From Oscillospiraceae bacterium (lineage in GTDB: Bacteria; Bacillota; Clostridia; Monoglobales; WRAG01): a DNA stretch of 64,000 nucleotides. Below are positions 18,772 to 28,328 of this stretch, in pieces. The position numbers were made by a program, and so were the translations under genes. Numbering within the stretch: the stretch's first letter is position 1; each line of letters begins with the position of its first letter. The DNA is taken from positions 547-64,546 of the forward strand of contig WRAG01000006.1 of the NCBI GenBank assembly GCA_009780345.1. The letters are read 5' to 3'. The notes below the pieces were generated by a model, which was not told where the DNA came from, made no database searches, and worked only from the letters and a program-made list of their open reading frames with translations.

Positions 18772-21345
18772 TTAGTCTTCGTCTTCCTCGTCATCTTCCT
18801 CTTCGTCGTCTGCTTCTTCATCATCTTCCACGTCTTCTTCATCTACTTCTTCCGGAAGAGTAGTAACAGGCTCGTCACCAAGCTCAAGAGTATCCCAGTC
18901 GATGTTTAAGAAGTTTCCAAGTCTGTACATCATAACAGCAGCTTCCGCGCGAGTAGCGTTATCAGTCGGTCCGAATCTTCCATCCGGGAATCCAGTGATA
19001 ATTCCAGCCGCGTACATAGCTGTAACAGCCGCGTTTGCGTAACCCGCGATTTGTGCAACGTCGTTAAACGCCAAAGTGCGAGGTTGCGGAGTCATTCTAG
19101 GACCAAACGCTCTGTAAATCATAGTCGCCAAATCTTGACGAGTGATGTTCAATCCAGTACCGAATTGATCATCAGCAATACCCATAACGATACCTTCTCT
19201 AACTGCAGTGTTAACGTAGTTAGTGTACCATCTGCCCGCAGCAACGTCGCTAAACGGACCGGTTGTAACAGTTGGGTTGATTCCTTTAAATCTCAACAAG
19301 ATCGCAACAAATTGCTCACGAGTGATGTTGTAGTTCGGTCCGAATCTGTCTGCGCTAATACCGTTGATAACGCCAGCACGTGCAAGAGTGCAGATTGCAT
19401 CAAATGCCCAAGCTACTCCACCGATATCAACGAAATCACAGCAATCATCTGGATCCGGATCTGGTCCTGGACCAGGACCTGGTCCAGGACCTGGTCCCGG
19501 TCCTGGTTGTCCCGGAGGTCCTGTTGTGATTGGCGGTGGAGCTTGGTTCACGATTTGGAATCTGTTTTGACCTTCAGTCACAGGAGTGTAACCGTCAATC
19601 GTAACTGTGTAGAATCCAACCGGGAAGTTAGCTCGCGGTAAAGTAAACGTAATAGTGTTTCCAGCGATAGTGATTGTAGCGTGCTCTGTTACATCTACAT
19701 TTGCAGAGTTTCTGATTTCAATGTCAGCTGCTGTAACACTACCTAAAGCGCCACCGAATACGATAGTAACAGGTCTATCTCTGTTAACACGAGGAGTAGT
19801 AATTACGAATTGGTTAGCACTTGCAGGAATAACTGTCAAGTAAACAGGGATAGTTAAATCTGAAGGCACATACCAAGCCGGAATAGTTGTAGCTCCAAGA
19901 GTTCCGGCAGGAGTTACAGGTCTAGCATAACCTACACGAACTCTTCTAAAAGTCTCAAAATTAACGTTTGTCGGTTCTGTAACCCATTCAATGTCAAGAG
20001 TAGCTTCACGAGGTTCGCCCGGTAATAATGCTCCGGTTTCAGGGTTGCGAAGTCTGTATTCTACTTCCGCATCTCTGCCTGCAAGTTGAGCAACCCAATT
20101 AGTAATTGCAGTACCTGCTACAGTAGCAAGTTCAATTACTTCCGGCTCAATGATTGATTGAACAATTCTTTGTCCGGCAGGTCCAACAGTCAAAACAGCG
20201 TGAACATTAATCGGATGCGAAAGACCAGTTACAACAGCAGTACCGGTAGCTTGAACTGTATCACCTTCTTCTCCTAAATCCAATGTGCCTGACAAATTAG
20301 GATTCCAAGTAATAGTAGCAGTTTGATTTGTCAACGAACCTACGTTAACCGTCGCCGTTGTCGGAAGAGCTTCCATACCAGCAGCAATAGCTTCAACAAG
20401 AGTATCGATAGTAACATCATCAGCGTGATCAATCTCTCTTTCGAAGGGACCCGGTGCTGTATGGATTGTTCCAAGACCGATATTACCTGTAAGGGTAAAT
20501 GTGCCAGCAGTTGCGCCAGTAACAGTTACAGTCCAGTTATGTGGAGCAGTTCCAAGTCCGGTGAATGCGCTTGCAACAAGGTCGATTCCTGCAAACGGAG
20601 AACCTGACGGAAGTGAAACCGTACCTGTAAGTGTTTGTGCCACTTGGTTCGGATTAAATCCTGTCCAAGCGATGTTAACATTGCCTGCGCCAGCCGGGAA
20701 TAAAGTCGGAAGTGCTGGAGCAGTTCCGCCAACAACAGTTGTTGTAGCGTTCAACATGTTAGTAGCCGCCACAAGGTCAGCACCGTCAACATTTGTTGTA
20801 CGCTCGATGTTTAGAACAAGATTTTGAGCTGTAATAGTAAAACCAGCAAGTTCATAAAAATACCAGCTTATAGTTGTTGAAATCGGAGTAGTACCCGGGT
20901 CAGCTACTCGTAAAGTAACATTACCAAACGATGGAGCAGCTACAGGACCTGCCAAAGATAAAAACTGTATGTCCATACCTCTAGTAGCAGCTCTTACATC
21001 TGCCGAACGTACACCAGCAGCGCCTGAAGTCGGATCATCAGTCCAACGATTCGCACCTGAGTACGGCAAACCAGCAGCATCAGCGAACGCGTGACCAGTC
21101 ACGTGAGCCGGGTTAAAACCAAAACGCGCTCTTCCTCCGCTTGCTTGAACCCCACCTGACGTACTAATCGTCAGAGTGATATCAGTAGTTCCGCCTGCCG
21201 GAACCATAACAGTTAAAGCATTGTTAGCGACACCCGTGCCCGTAAAGCTAAGAGTTGTCGCACTTGCAACTACGGTTAAAGGTAATACGCTCAAAACCAT
21301 TACCATGCAAACCAATAGTGCAAGCATTTTTTTAGTGAATTTCAT
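18772..21345 (-). CDS. Cell-surface protein: cohesin-like N-domain, Ig-like domains, PG linker, three SLH domains, acidic tail
   Basis: Signal peptide; (PG)n linker; SLH motifs FGPNYNITREQ, NITRQDLA, NATRAEAA. Confidence 0.85.
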   Translation of the reverse strand: MKFTKKMLALLVCMVMVLSVLPLTVVASATTLSFTGTGVANNALTVMVPAGGTTDITLTISTSGGVQASGGRARFGFNPAHVTGHAFADAAGLPYSGANRWTDDPTSGAAGVRSADVRAATRGMDIQFLSLAGPVAAPSFGNVTLRVADPGTTPISTTISWYFYELAGFTITAQNLVLNIERTTNVDGADLVAATNMLNATTTVVGGTAPALPTLFPAGAGNVNIAWTGFNPNQVAQTLTGTVSLPSGSPFAGIDLVASAFTGLGTAPHNWTVTVTGATAGTFTLTGNIGLGTIHTAPGPFEREIDHADDVTIDTLVEAIAAGMEALPTTATVNVGSLTNQTATITWNPNLSGTLDLGEEGDTVQATGTAVVTGLSHPINVHAVLTVGPAGQRIVQSIIEPEVIELATVAGTAITNWVAQLAGRDAEVEYRLRNPETGALLPGEPREATLDIEWVTEPTNVNFETFRRVRVGYARPVTPAGTLGATTIPAWYVPSDLTIPVYLTVIPASANQFVITTPRVNRDRPVTIVFGGALGSVTAADIEIRNSANVDVTEHATITIAGNTITFTLPRANFPVGFYTVTIDGYTPVTEGQNRFQIVNQAPPPITTGPPGQPGPGPGPGPGPGPGPDPDPDDCCDFVDIGGVAWAFDAICTLARAGVINGISADRFGPNYNITREQFVAILLRFKGINPTVTTGPFSDVAAGRWYTNYVNTAVREGIVMGIADDQFGTGLNITRQDLATMIYRAFGPRMTPQPRTLAFNDVAQIAGYANAAVTAMYAAGIITGFPDGRFGPTDNATRAEAAVMMYRLGNFLNIDWDTLELGDEPVTTLPEEVDEEDVEDDEEADDEEEDDEEDED

Positions 21346-21402
21346 GTTTTATCCTCCCTATATCCTTAATAAATAAATTAATTATTTCTCGACGCATACA
21401 GA

Positions 21403-22530
21403 CTAATCACGCCCGTAATTGTTAATCAACACGGAAACCATTTCCGCAGTTGTGCCATTCCAAAAATCAATCATATTCAACAAGCCAGACAGACTAATGT
21501 TCCCTTCCCCACGAACATCAAATGATAACAACATACGCGGAGTTATATCTATTGGAACACTACTTCCATCGACTAACATGCCGTTCCACAAGCCTACTGC
21601 GATCAGAATATCAGTCATTGTAATTATATCGTCTGAATCCAAAGCGCCGTGCGCTCCATAAAACGCAAGCTTTCTTCCAATATGATTTCCTTCAAACAGT
21701 TCAAAATCTATAGCCGGCAAATCTCCAATCGTAGCAGGAGTCCACTCGACCAATCCGTCGAATGCGTGCAACTGTGGTGACCAGAACCAGTATTGATTTG
21801 CAACTCCCGGAATATAAGGAACAAAATCCTCATAACTGTCATCCGTAAGTCCTATTCTAACCAAAATTCTGCTCCAATCACTGTGGTCGCTCATCCAACT
21901 AATAACTCCATCCAAGTCAGGGAATAAATCATCCGAAGCCAATACTATTACATCATAAACTTCCGGCCCCTGCCTTCGCTCAATTGTTACTGTAAGATCT
22001 TGTGATGTAACAGTCAAGCCGGCAAGGTCATAATAATACCAACTTATAGTGGTTGTAACCGAAGTATCACCCGGATCAGCTACTCGTAAAGTAACTGATC
22101 CAAGGTTAGCAACATTAACCAAACCACCCAAGCTTAGATAGTTTATATCGACCCCTCTGGTATACGCTCCCACATTTTCTGAGCGCACAGTCGCGGTGCC
22201 TAAAGTCGGGTCATCAGTCCAACGATTAAGACCGGAAAATTGCAAATTTCCGACCGTAGGGGAAGCAACGCTTACCCCAGTCATGCGAGTCTGCTCAAAA
22301 CCAAAACGCAGTCTTCCACCGTTCGACTGAACTTCACCTGATGCATTAATCGTCAATGTGATATCAGTAGTTCCGCCTTCCGGAACTCTAACAGTTAAAG
22401 TGTTGTTCACAACACCTGCACCGCCAAAGCTAAGAGTTGTCGCAGCATCTGCAACTACCGTTGAAGGCAATACAGTTAAAATCATTACCATGCAGACCAG
22501 CAGTGCAAGTATTTTTGTAGAGAATTTCAT
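21403..22530 (-). CDS. Secreted protein: cohesin-like domain plus X-module/dockerin-like domain
   Basis: N-half paralogous to the SLH protein N-domain; C-half paralogous to the C-terminus of 22573..23880; duplicated GALDSDDIITMTD..WNG / FDVRGEGNISLSG..WNG. Confidence 0.65.
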   Translation of the reverse strand: MKFSTKILALLVCMVMILTVLPSTVVADAATTLSFGGAGVVNNTLTVRVPEGGTTDITLTINASGEVQSNGGRLRFGFEQTRMTGVSVASPTVGNLQFSGLNRWTDDPTLGTATVRSENVGAYTRGVDINYLSLGGLVNVANLGSVTLRVADPGDTSVTTTISWYYYDLAGLTVTSQDLTVTIERRQGPEVYDVIVLASDDLFPDLDGVISWMSDHSDWSRILVRIGLTDDSYEDFVPYIPGVANQYWFWSPQLHAFDGLVEWTPATIGDLPAIDFELFEGNHIGRKLAFYGAHGALDSDDIITMTDILIAVGLWNGMLVDGSSVPIDITPRMLLSFDVRGEGNISLSGLLNMIDFWNGTTAEMVSVLINNYGRD

Positions 22531-22572
22531 ATTTTATTCTCCTTAAATATTAATATTATACCTACACACAGA

Positions 22573-23880
22573 CTAACGTCCGTAAGTGTTAAGCAACTCA
22601 GAAACCATTTCAGAAGTTGTGCCATTCCAGAAGTTGATAATATCCAACAACCCGTTCAAGCTAATTTCGCCTGTGCCAGCAACATCAAATGACAACAACA
22701 TTTGTGGAGTAATGTCTATTGCAACACCATTTCCGTCAACCAACATACCGTTCCACAAACCTACAGCAACAAGAACGTCAGCCATCGTAACTACATCGTC
22801 TGAATCCAAAGCAGTATATGCTCCGTAGAATGCGATAGTTCTATCAGTATTATCTCCGGTAAACGGCTCAAACTCTATAGTCGGTACATCTCCGGCTGAA
22901 GCTGGAGTCCACTCAACTAATCCGTCAAACGCTTGTAACTGTGGAGACCAGAACCAGTATTGGCTCGTCGCGCCAGAAATATTAGGTACAAAGTCAGCAT
23001 AGGTTTCGTCGCCAAGGTCGATTCTAACTATAACTCTGCTCCATGCACTATGGTCAGTCATCCAGCTGATTTCTCCGTCCAAATCAGCGAACAAATCAGA
23101 AGCCAATGTTATTATGTCATAAACTGGCGGTCCTTCAATTACATCAACTGCCCAATAAACGTTTACTGTAGTTGTATCACCATAGTAATCAGTAACAGTA
23201 ACCACGATTACTCCGTTTGCAATAGTGTCATCAAAGCCACCTGCAGGTGCAGTAACAATCATGTTTCTTCCGGTAAATGAAACAGTAGCGCCGTCCGGCA
23301 ATGTGCTTGCGCCGGCGTCAAGTGCTAATGTAAACTCAGACATGTCACCACCGGTAACAGCAGCAACAATATCTCTGCTAGCTTGTGCTGCTCCAAGTCC
23401 AAAAATTGTAGGATACGCCGCAGAACCGATATCTTCGCCTGTAAGAACAGGAATTTCAGTATTTACAAGCGCGATACCAACATTTGATTGAGCAGTTGCG
23501 CCTTCTCCACTAATCCAAAGCGCGTATAACATGTTTGAACGGATAAAGTCAGATGTTGCACGAATTTGCAATGTTCCGCTTTGTGTTGCTTCGTCAAACT
23601 GATTAACGTAAGACAAGCTAGAACCTGCAAAAGGCGTGTTTACATCAGCTGCCGCCGCTACATTCCACATCATAACTGTAGTTTGGTGCCCCGCAGCAGG
23701 ATTGTTGTCGTTGTACGTAACCGTGTAGTCAACGTAAATTGTACGAGTAGCCACACTCCACGTAACTTCGTCAATCGTCACCGCTAAATTCGCAAAAGCG
23801 GTTGCACCCATAACTGCCAATACCATTGCCACTACTACTACTAAACTTAAAACTTTCCACAACTTACTATTTCTCTTCAT
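22573..23880 (-). CDS. Secreted beta-rich protein with C-terminal X-module/dockerin-like domain
   Basis: Signal peptide MKRNSKLWKVLSLVVVVAMVLA after GGAGG; ALDSDDVVTMAD..WNG / FDVAGTGEISLNG..WNG. Confidence 0.65.
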   Translation of the reverse strand: MKRNSKLWKVLSLVVVVAMVLAVMGATAFANLAVTIDEVTWSVATRTIYVDYTVTYNDNNPAAGHQTTVMMWNVAAAADVNTPFAGSSLSYVNQFDEATQSGTLQIRATSDFIRSNMLYALWISGEGATAQSNVGIALVNTEIPVLTGEDIGSAAYPTIFGLGAAQASRDIVAAVTGGDMSEFTLALDAGASTLPDGATVSFTGRNMIVTAPAGGFDDTIANGVIVVTVTDYYGDTTTVNVYWAVDVIEGPPVYDIITLASDLFADLDGEISWMTDHSAWSRVIVRIDLGDETYADFVPNISGATSQYWFWSPQLQAFDGLVEWTPASAGDVPTIEFEPFTGDNTDRTIAFYGAYTALDSDDVVTMADVLVAVGLWNGMLVDGNGVAIDITPQMLLSFDVAGTGEISLNGLLDIINFWNGTTSEMVSELLNTYGR

Positions 23881-24293
23881 TTTTAATCCTCCCTTAAGTG
23901 TTTCTCTATTTTCAAGATTGCATAAATAACTCCTCATAAGGTTATAAGCCTAAAAACATATTTGGCTTAACTATTCCTCCTTCCTTAGTGATATATATTG
24001 AAAATGCCGACACAAGTGGGTTTACACCACCTGGCCTTTATTATTTTTCGATATTAAGTGCCTAAATTCTCGCACATTTGTACCTATTATACAATGTTTT
24101 TGAAAATATTTCAATACTTTTTTTAAAATTTTTATATAAATTTGCAAGTTTTTTTTGAGCAACTTGCACAAAAATTCATGTAACCATTGAAACATAAGAC
24201 TTTGAGGAGTTTGTAAAATTTATAAATTTTTTAAAAATTTTATAAATTTAATATTCCCATATTTGAAATTTTTATCTTTTGCAAAATTTTCTT

Positions 24294-25202
24294 CTAAATT
24301 CGGCTAATTTCGTTGGCAAAAACCGTCGCCGCAACTGCTCCGTCCGCCGCCGCGGTTAAAACCTGCCGCAAAAGCTTGTCCCGAATATCGCCGACAGCAT
24401 AAATTTTGTCAACGTTTGTACGCATATTTTCGTCGGTAATAATATGCCCGCTCGGCGATAAAACAACCAAATCCCTAACCAACGCAGTTTGCGGCGCGGT
24501 TCCGACCGCGACGAATAGGCCGCTGACTTCAACATTACCTGAAAAACCGGTTTTCACGTTCTCGACGGTGACACTTTCCACCTTTTCACCTAAAATTTCG
24601 GTAACAACGCTGTCGAACACCGTTTCAATCTTCGGTTCAGCCGAGATTTTCTTCGCAAGCACGCTGTCCGCCCGCAAAACGTCACGCCGATGAATCAAAT
24701 ACACCTTGTTGCAGAAGCGCGCGAGGAAAAGCGCGTCCTCTGCCGCCGTATTTCCGCCGCCGACAACCGCAACGTCCTTACCTTTATAAAACGCGCCGTC
24801 GCAAGTCGCGCAATACGAAACGCCGCTTCCGATAAGCTGTTTTTCCCTCGGAATTCCGAGCGGTTTCGGATTCGCGCCCATCGCGAGAATAATTCCGCGC
24901 GAAGCATGCTCGCCTTTCGACGTTTTAACGATTTTCGCGTCATTTTCGATTGAAATTTGCAGAATTTCTTCATATACAATATTGACATCAAATTTTCTCG
25001 CGTGCGCTTCGAACTTGTATGCCAAATCAGGTCCGCTTATAAAATCAACCATTCCCGGATAATTTTCGATTTCGTAGGTGGACACAACCTGCCCGCCCGC
25101 AAACATTCGCTCGAACACAACAACGTCAAGCCCCGCCCGCGCGGCATAAATCGCCGCCGACAAACCAGCCGGCCCCGCACCGATAATAATTAGATCATAC
25201 AT
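24294..25202 (-). CDS. trxB: Thioredoxin reductase
   Basis: IIGAGPAG, GVSYCATCDG, VGGGNTA. Confidence 0.95.
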   Translation of the reverse strand: MYDLIIIGAGPAGLSAAIYAARAGLDVVVFERMFAGGQVVSTYEIENYPGMVDFISGPDLAYKFEAHARKFDVNIVYEEILQISIENDAKIVKTSKGEHASRGIILAMGANPKPLGIPREKQLIGSGVSYCATCDGAFYKGKDVAVVGGGNTAAEDALFLARFCNKVYLIHRRDVLRADSVLAKKISAEPKIETVFDSVVTEILGEKVESVTVENVKTGFSGNVEVSGLFVAVGTAPQTALVRDLVVLSPSGHIITDENMRTNVDKIYAVGDIRDKLLRQVLTAAADGAVAATVFANEISRI

Positions 25203-25206
25203 ATAT

Positions 25207-26184
25207 TTATCGCCCCTCAAACTCAAAATATATATCGTATTCCGAAAATAATTCCCGCAATTGCTCTTCTGAATACCCGCGAGCAGTCATAACAAACACC
25301 GCCGTCGCAACCGCGTCCGCCCTTGCGGCAGTCGAGCCAACAACCGACACGGCATACAACTCTGACGGGCAACATTCTTTACTTCTCGCCGGTCTTCCCG
25401 TCCACGGATCTATAATATGGTGATAAATTTGGAGACCTTCAATAAAATATCTCTCATATATGCCACTCGTCACAATCGCCGAATTCCGCGATTCAACAAC
25501 TTTCCAATACTCGCCGCGCGGGGCGAAAGCGCGTTGCAGTCCGATATTAAACGCCCGATTGCCGAACACAACAATATCGCCGCCGAAATCTACGATTCCC
25601 CAACGAGCGCCGCGTTCTCGCAAAACTTCCGCCGCAATGTCGGCGGCGTATCCTTTCGCGATACTTCCCAAATCAATCCGAATCTCGTCCGCGGCTTTGC
25701 TCACCGTTCCGTCGGCGTGCAGCGTAATTCCACGGAAATCCACAAACGGAAGCAAGACGGCAAGTTCGTTCTCTCTCGGCACTCTCGGTTCGCCTCGAAA
25801 GTCCCACAAATCCATAACACTCGCAACCGTAATATCAAACGCTCCGTCCGACAGTTCCGAAATGCCCCGCGCAATCGTCAAAATTTCGAAAAGATGCGGC
25901 GATATGGCAATCCGCTCGCCCGCCGCGGCGCGGTTTATCGCTGAAACCTCGGAATTTTCGTCAAAATAATCGGTTATCCGCTTGATTTCCCACGCTTCAG
26001 CAAACGCCGCGTTTATCGCGTCACGCGCGGAATTTCCACGACCATGAATTCGAATTGTCGCCATGGTATCCATCAAAAATTCGGTTTGCGAAATTTCCGC
26101 GCCTGAATTATTATTACCAATTACAACTGCGGCTACACAAACCAGCACAAATATTACGGTTAAAATTAGTTTCAATTTTTTCAT
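25207..26184 (-). CDS. apbE: FAD:protein FMN transferase (ApbE)
   Basis: GAFDITV, DLGSIAKGYAAD, TSGIYERYF, HHIIDPWTG, ADAVAT. Confidence 0.92.
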   Translation of the reverse strand: MKKLKLILTVIFVLVCVAAVVIGNNNSGAEISQTEFLMDTMATIRIHGRGNSARDAINAAFAEAWEIKRITDYFDENSEVSAINRAAAGERIAISPHLFEILTIARGISELSDGAFDITVASVMDLWDFRGEPRVPRENELAVLLPFVDFRGITLHADGTVSKAADEIRIDLGSIAKGYAADIAAEVLRERGARWGIVDFGGDIVVFGNRAFNIGLQRAFAPRGEYWKVVESRNSAIVTSGIYERYFIEGLQIYHHIIDPWTGRPARSKECCPSELYAVSVVGSTAARADAVATAVFVMTARGYSEEQLRELFSEYDIYFEFEGR

Positions 26185-26226
26185 GCTTCCATTATATATT
26201 ACGCGTACTATTTTTGCAAGCAAATG

Positions 26227-26255
26227 TTGACAATTCTTTCGATAAGGTATATAAT
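26227..26255 (+). promoter_or_regulatory. sigma-A promoter of proB
   Basis: TTGACA-17-TATAAT. Confidence 0.75.
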
Positions 26256-26288
26256 TGAATTCGCGTAAAAACCGAAAGGAAGATTCAT

Positions 26289-27062
26289 ATGAAAGAATTC
26301 AAAAGAATAGTAGTTAAAGTCGGAACTTCAACTCTAACCCACGAAAGCGGCAAGCTAAACCTGCGCCGCGTTGAAATGTTAACCCGCGTGCTATCCGACT
26401 TAATGAATCAAGGATTGGAAATCGTTCTTGTGACAAGCGGCGCGATTGGCGTCGGCGTTGGAAAAATGGGATTGTCGGAACGTCCGACAGAAGTGCCGCA
26501 AAAACAGGCAATGGCGGCGGTCGGGCAAGGACAGCTTATGTCAATTTACGACAAATTTTTCTCGGAGTATTCGCAAACTTGCGCACAGGTTTTGCTTACT
26601 CGCGACGTTTTGGACGACGAAGATCGGCGCAACAACGCGATTAACGCATTTTCAACCATGTTCGAATACGGAATTATCCCAATCGTCAACGAAAACGACG
26701 TGATTTCAACTTTTGAGATCAATTTCGGCGATAACGACACACTATCCGCATATGTCGCACGACTTGTGAGCGCCGACCTTCTTATTATATTGTCGGATAT
26801 CGACGGACTTTACGATAAAAATCCGAAAGAAAACCCCGACGCGATGGTTATTCCTGTGGTTTACGAGATTACCGATAAAATTACATCTCTCGCCGGCGAT
26901 ACGAGCGGCAAATTCGGAACAGGCGGAATGGTTACCAAAATCAAAGCCGCCGAAATCGCGACAAAATACGGCATTAACATGATTATCGCGAACGGAAGTA
27001 AGTTGGACGAACTTTACGATATTTTCGACGGAAAATCGGTGGGCACGCTGTTTACGGCGTAG
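26289..27062 (+). CDS. proB: Glutamate 5-kinase (no PUA domain)
   Basis: VVKVGTSTL, TSGAI, NEND, FGDNDTLSA, GTGGMVTK. Confidence 0.96.
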   Translation: MKEFKRIVVKVGTSTLTHESGKLNLRRVEMLTRVLSDLMNQGLEIVLVTSGAIGVGVGKMGLSERPTEVPQKQAMAAVGQGQLMSIYDKFFSEYSQTCAQVLLTRDVLDDEDRRNNAINAFSTMFEYGIIPIVNENDVISTFEINFGDNDTLSAYVARLVSADLLIILSDIDGLYDKNPKENPDAMVIPVVYEITDKITSLAGDTSGKFGTGGMVTKIKAAEIATKYGINMIIANGSKLDELYDIFDGKSVGTLFTA

Positions 27063-27329
27063 AACTGTAACTTTAATAGTTTGAAACCAATATAAAAACC
27101 GCCGAAAAGGCGGTTTTTTTATACTATAAATTTTTATAATTAACTTTGTCAAGGACTAGCCCTTGACAATCCCACAAGTTTTTGTGCGTCAAAAACTTAA
27201 CTAAAACCGTCGCCCTCCCCGCCGCGACCCTCCCCGACAAAAAGCGTCGGGCGGGTACCCCGCCGGCGGAACCGCGGGCGATCATTAGTGCAATCAACAC
27301 ACTCTGCTCAAACAACATCTCGCGCTTTT

Positions 27330-27620
27330 AGGCACGGGCCGTTCTCGAACGGAAGCGGCGTTCGTATAAACTAATCTTTCCGCGAATGCGGCTATCTCGC
27401 CAAAATGGCGGCGCGCTTTTGATAGCGCCATAGCGCGTTTGCGCCGCTGTTTTGGTAAAACTTTTTCAAAAGTTTTTCGGGGTGTGTCGAGGGTATTCGA
27501 TAATACCCTTGACGACCTTAGCTCGCGCCCGCAGGCGCAAAATGGTTTTAGCCCTGCCGCCGCAGCGGCAAAAATGGTTTTTAGGGCAACGCCATAAAAC
27601 CCCGCGCCCGTTGGGCGCAA
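27330..27620 (-). repeat. Intergenic composite repeat family B
   Basis: Reverse complement aligns with 36352..36660; 40-bp core at 27408-27447. Confidence 0.8.
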
Positions 27621-27657
27621 TAAAAAAACCGCTCTCTCAAGCGGTTTTTTTATTAGC

Positions 27658-28317
27658 CTAACACCTGCAAACCACGTCGCACATCAAATTACTCCACGTT
27701 TCGCAATCGACAACGCAGTCAACAACTAATCCTCTCTTCCTTTGATAAGCTTTCACCGCGTGTGCGGTTTTATTATCGAAAATTCCGTCTAACTCGCCGA
27801 CATCGTAGCACAAATGCCTCAAAACGTCTTGCAACACAAACACGTACACTCCACGACTTCCATGTCTCACCATAGGATATCCACCTGTTTTGCAAGCGGA
27901 TTTTCCGCGGCGATTATCAAAATGAACCCAACTCGGCGTGTTTAACACATGATCGACAAAGCTCAATATTCTCGAGTGATTCGCATGCCTTCTCATGTGC
28001 AATCTTTCGGTGTTGCAAAGATTTTGCCCCACATCGAAAGCGACGCCGGCGTAATGTTGCGACTGCTGGCTATGTCCGCCCTCAAACGGACGTCTGAAGC
28101 CGCTTCCGACACGAATCGGCTTTCCGTACGAACTTCTGAACCTATTCCACGCTTGCATCGCGCGCTTTTCTGTCCATAAGATGTCACTTCTGCTTGTTCC
28201 GCGAAACTCTCGAACCGTTAGTGTGTTTCCGGTTATATACGGCATGGTTTCACCGTCACAGCGGAAATATGTTTCAATTCGGTTGGTATCGTTGTTATAA
28301 ATTTTTATAATTGGCAT
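27658..28317 (-). CDS. Peptidase M15-like plus peptidoglycan-binding domain protein
   Basis: GSGFRR..SQHYAGVAFD..WVHFD; GELDGIFD..AVKAYQ PG-binding motif. Confidence 0.75.
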   Translation of the reverse strand: MPIIKIYNNDTNRIETYFRCDGETMPYITGNTLTVREFRGTSRSDILWTEKRAMQAWNRFRSSYGKPIRVGSGFRRPFEGGHSQQSQHYAGVAFDVGQNLCNTERLHMRRHANHSRILSFVDHVLNTPSWVHFDNRRGKSACKTGGYPMVRHGSRGVYVFVLQDVLRHLCYDVGELDGIFDNKTAHAVKAYQRKRGLVVDCVVDCETWSNLMCDVVCRC

Positions 28318-28328
28318 ACGCTACCTCC

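Noticed and set aside
27124-27661. Short ORFs in repeat regions (also 10064..10246, 39106..39403, 51430..51675)
   Set aside because: They lie within palindromic repeat elements and lack RBS or protein-like features.
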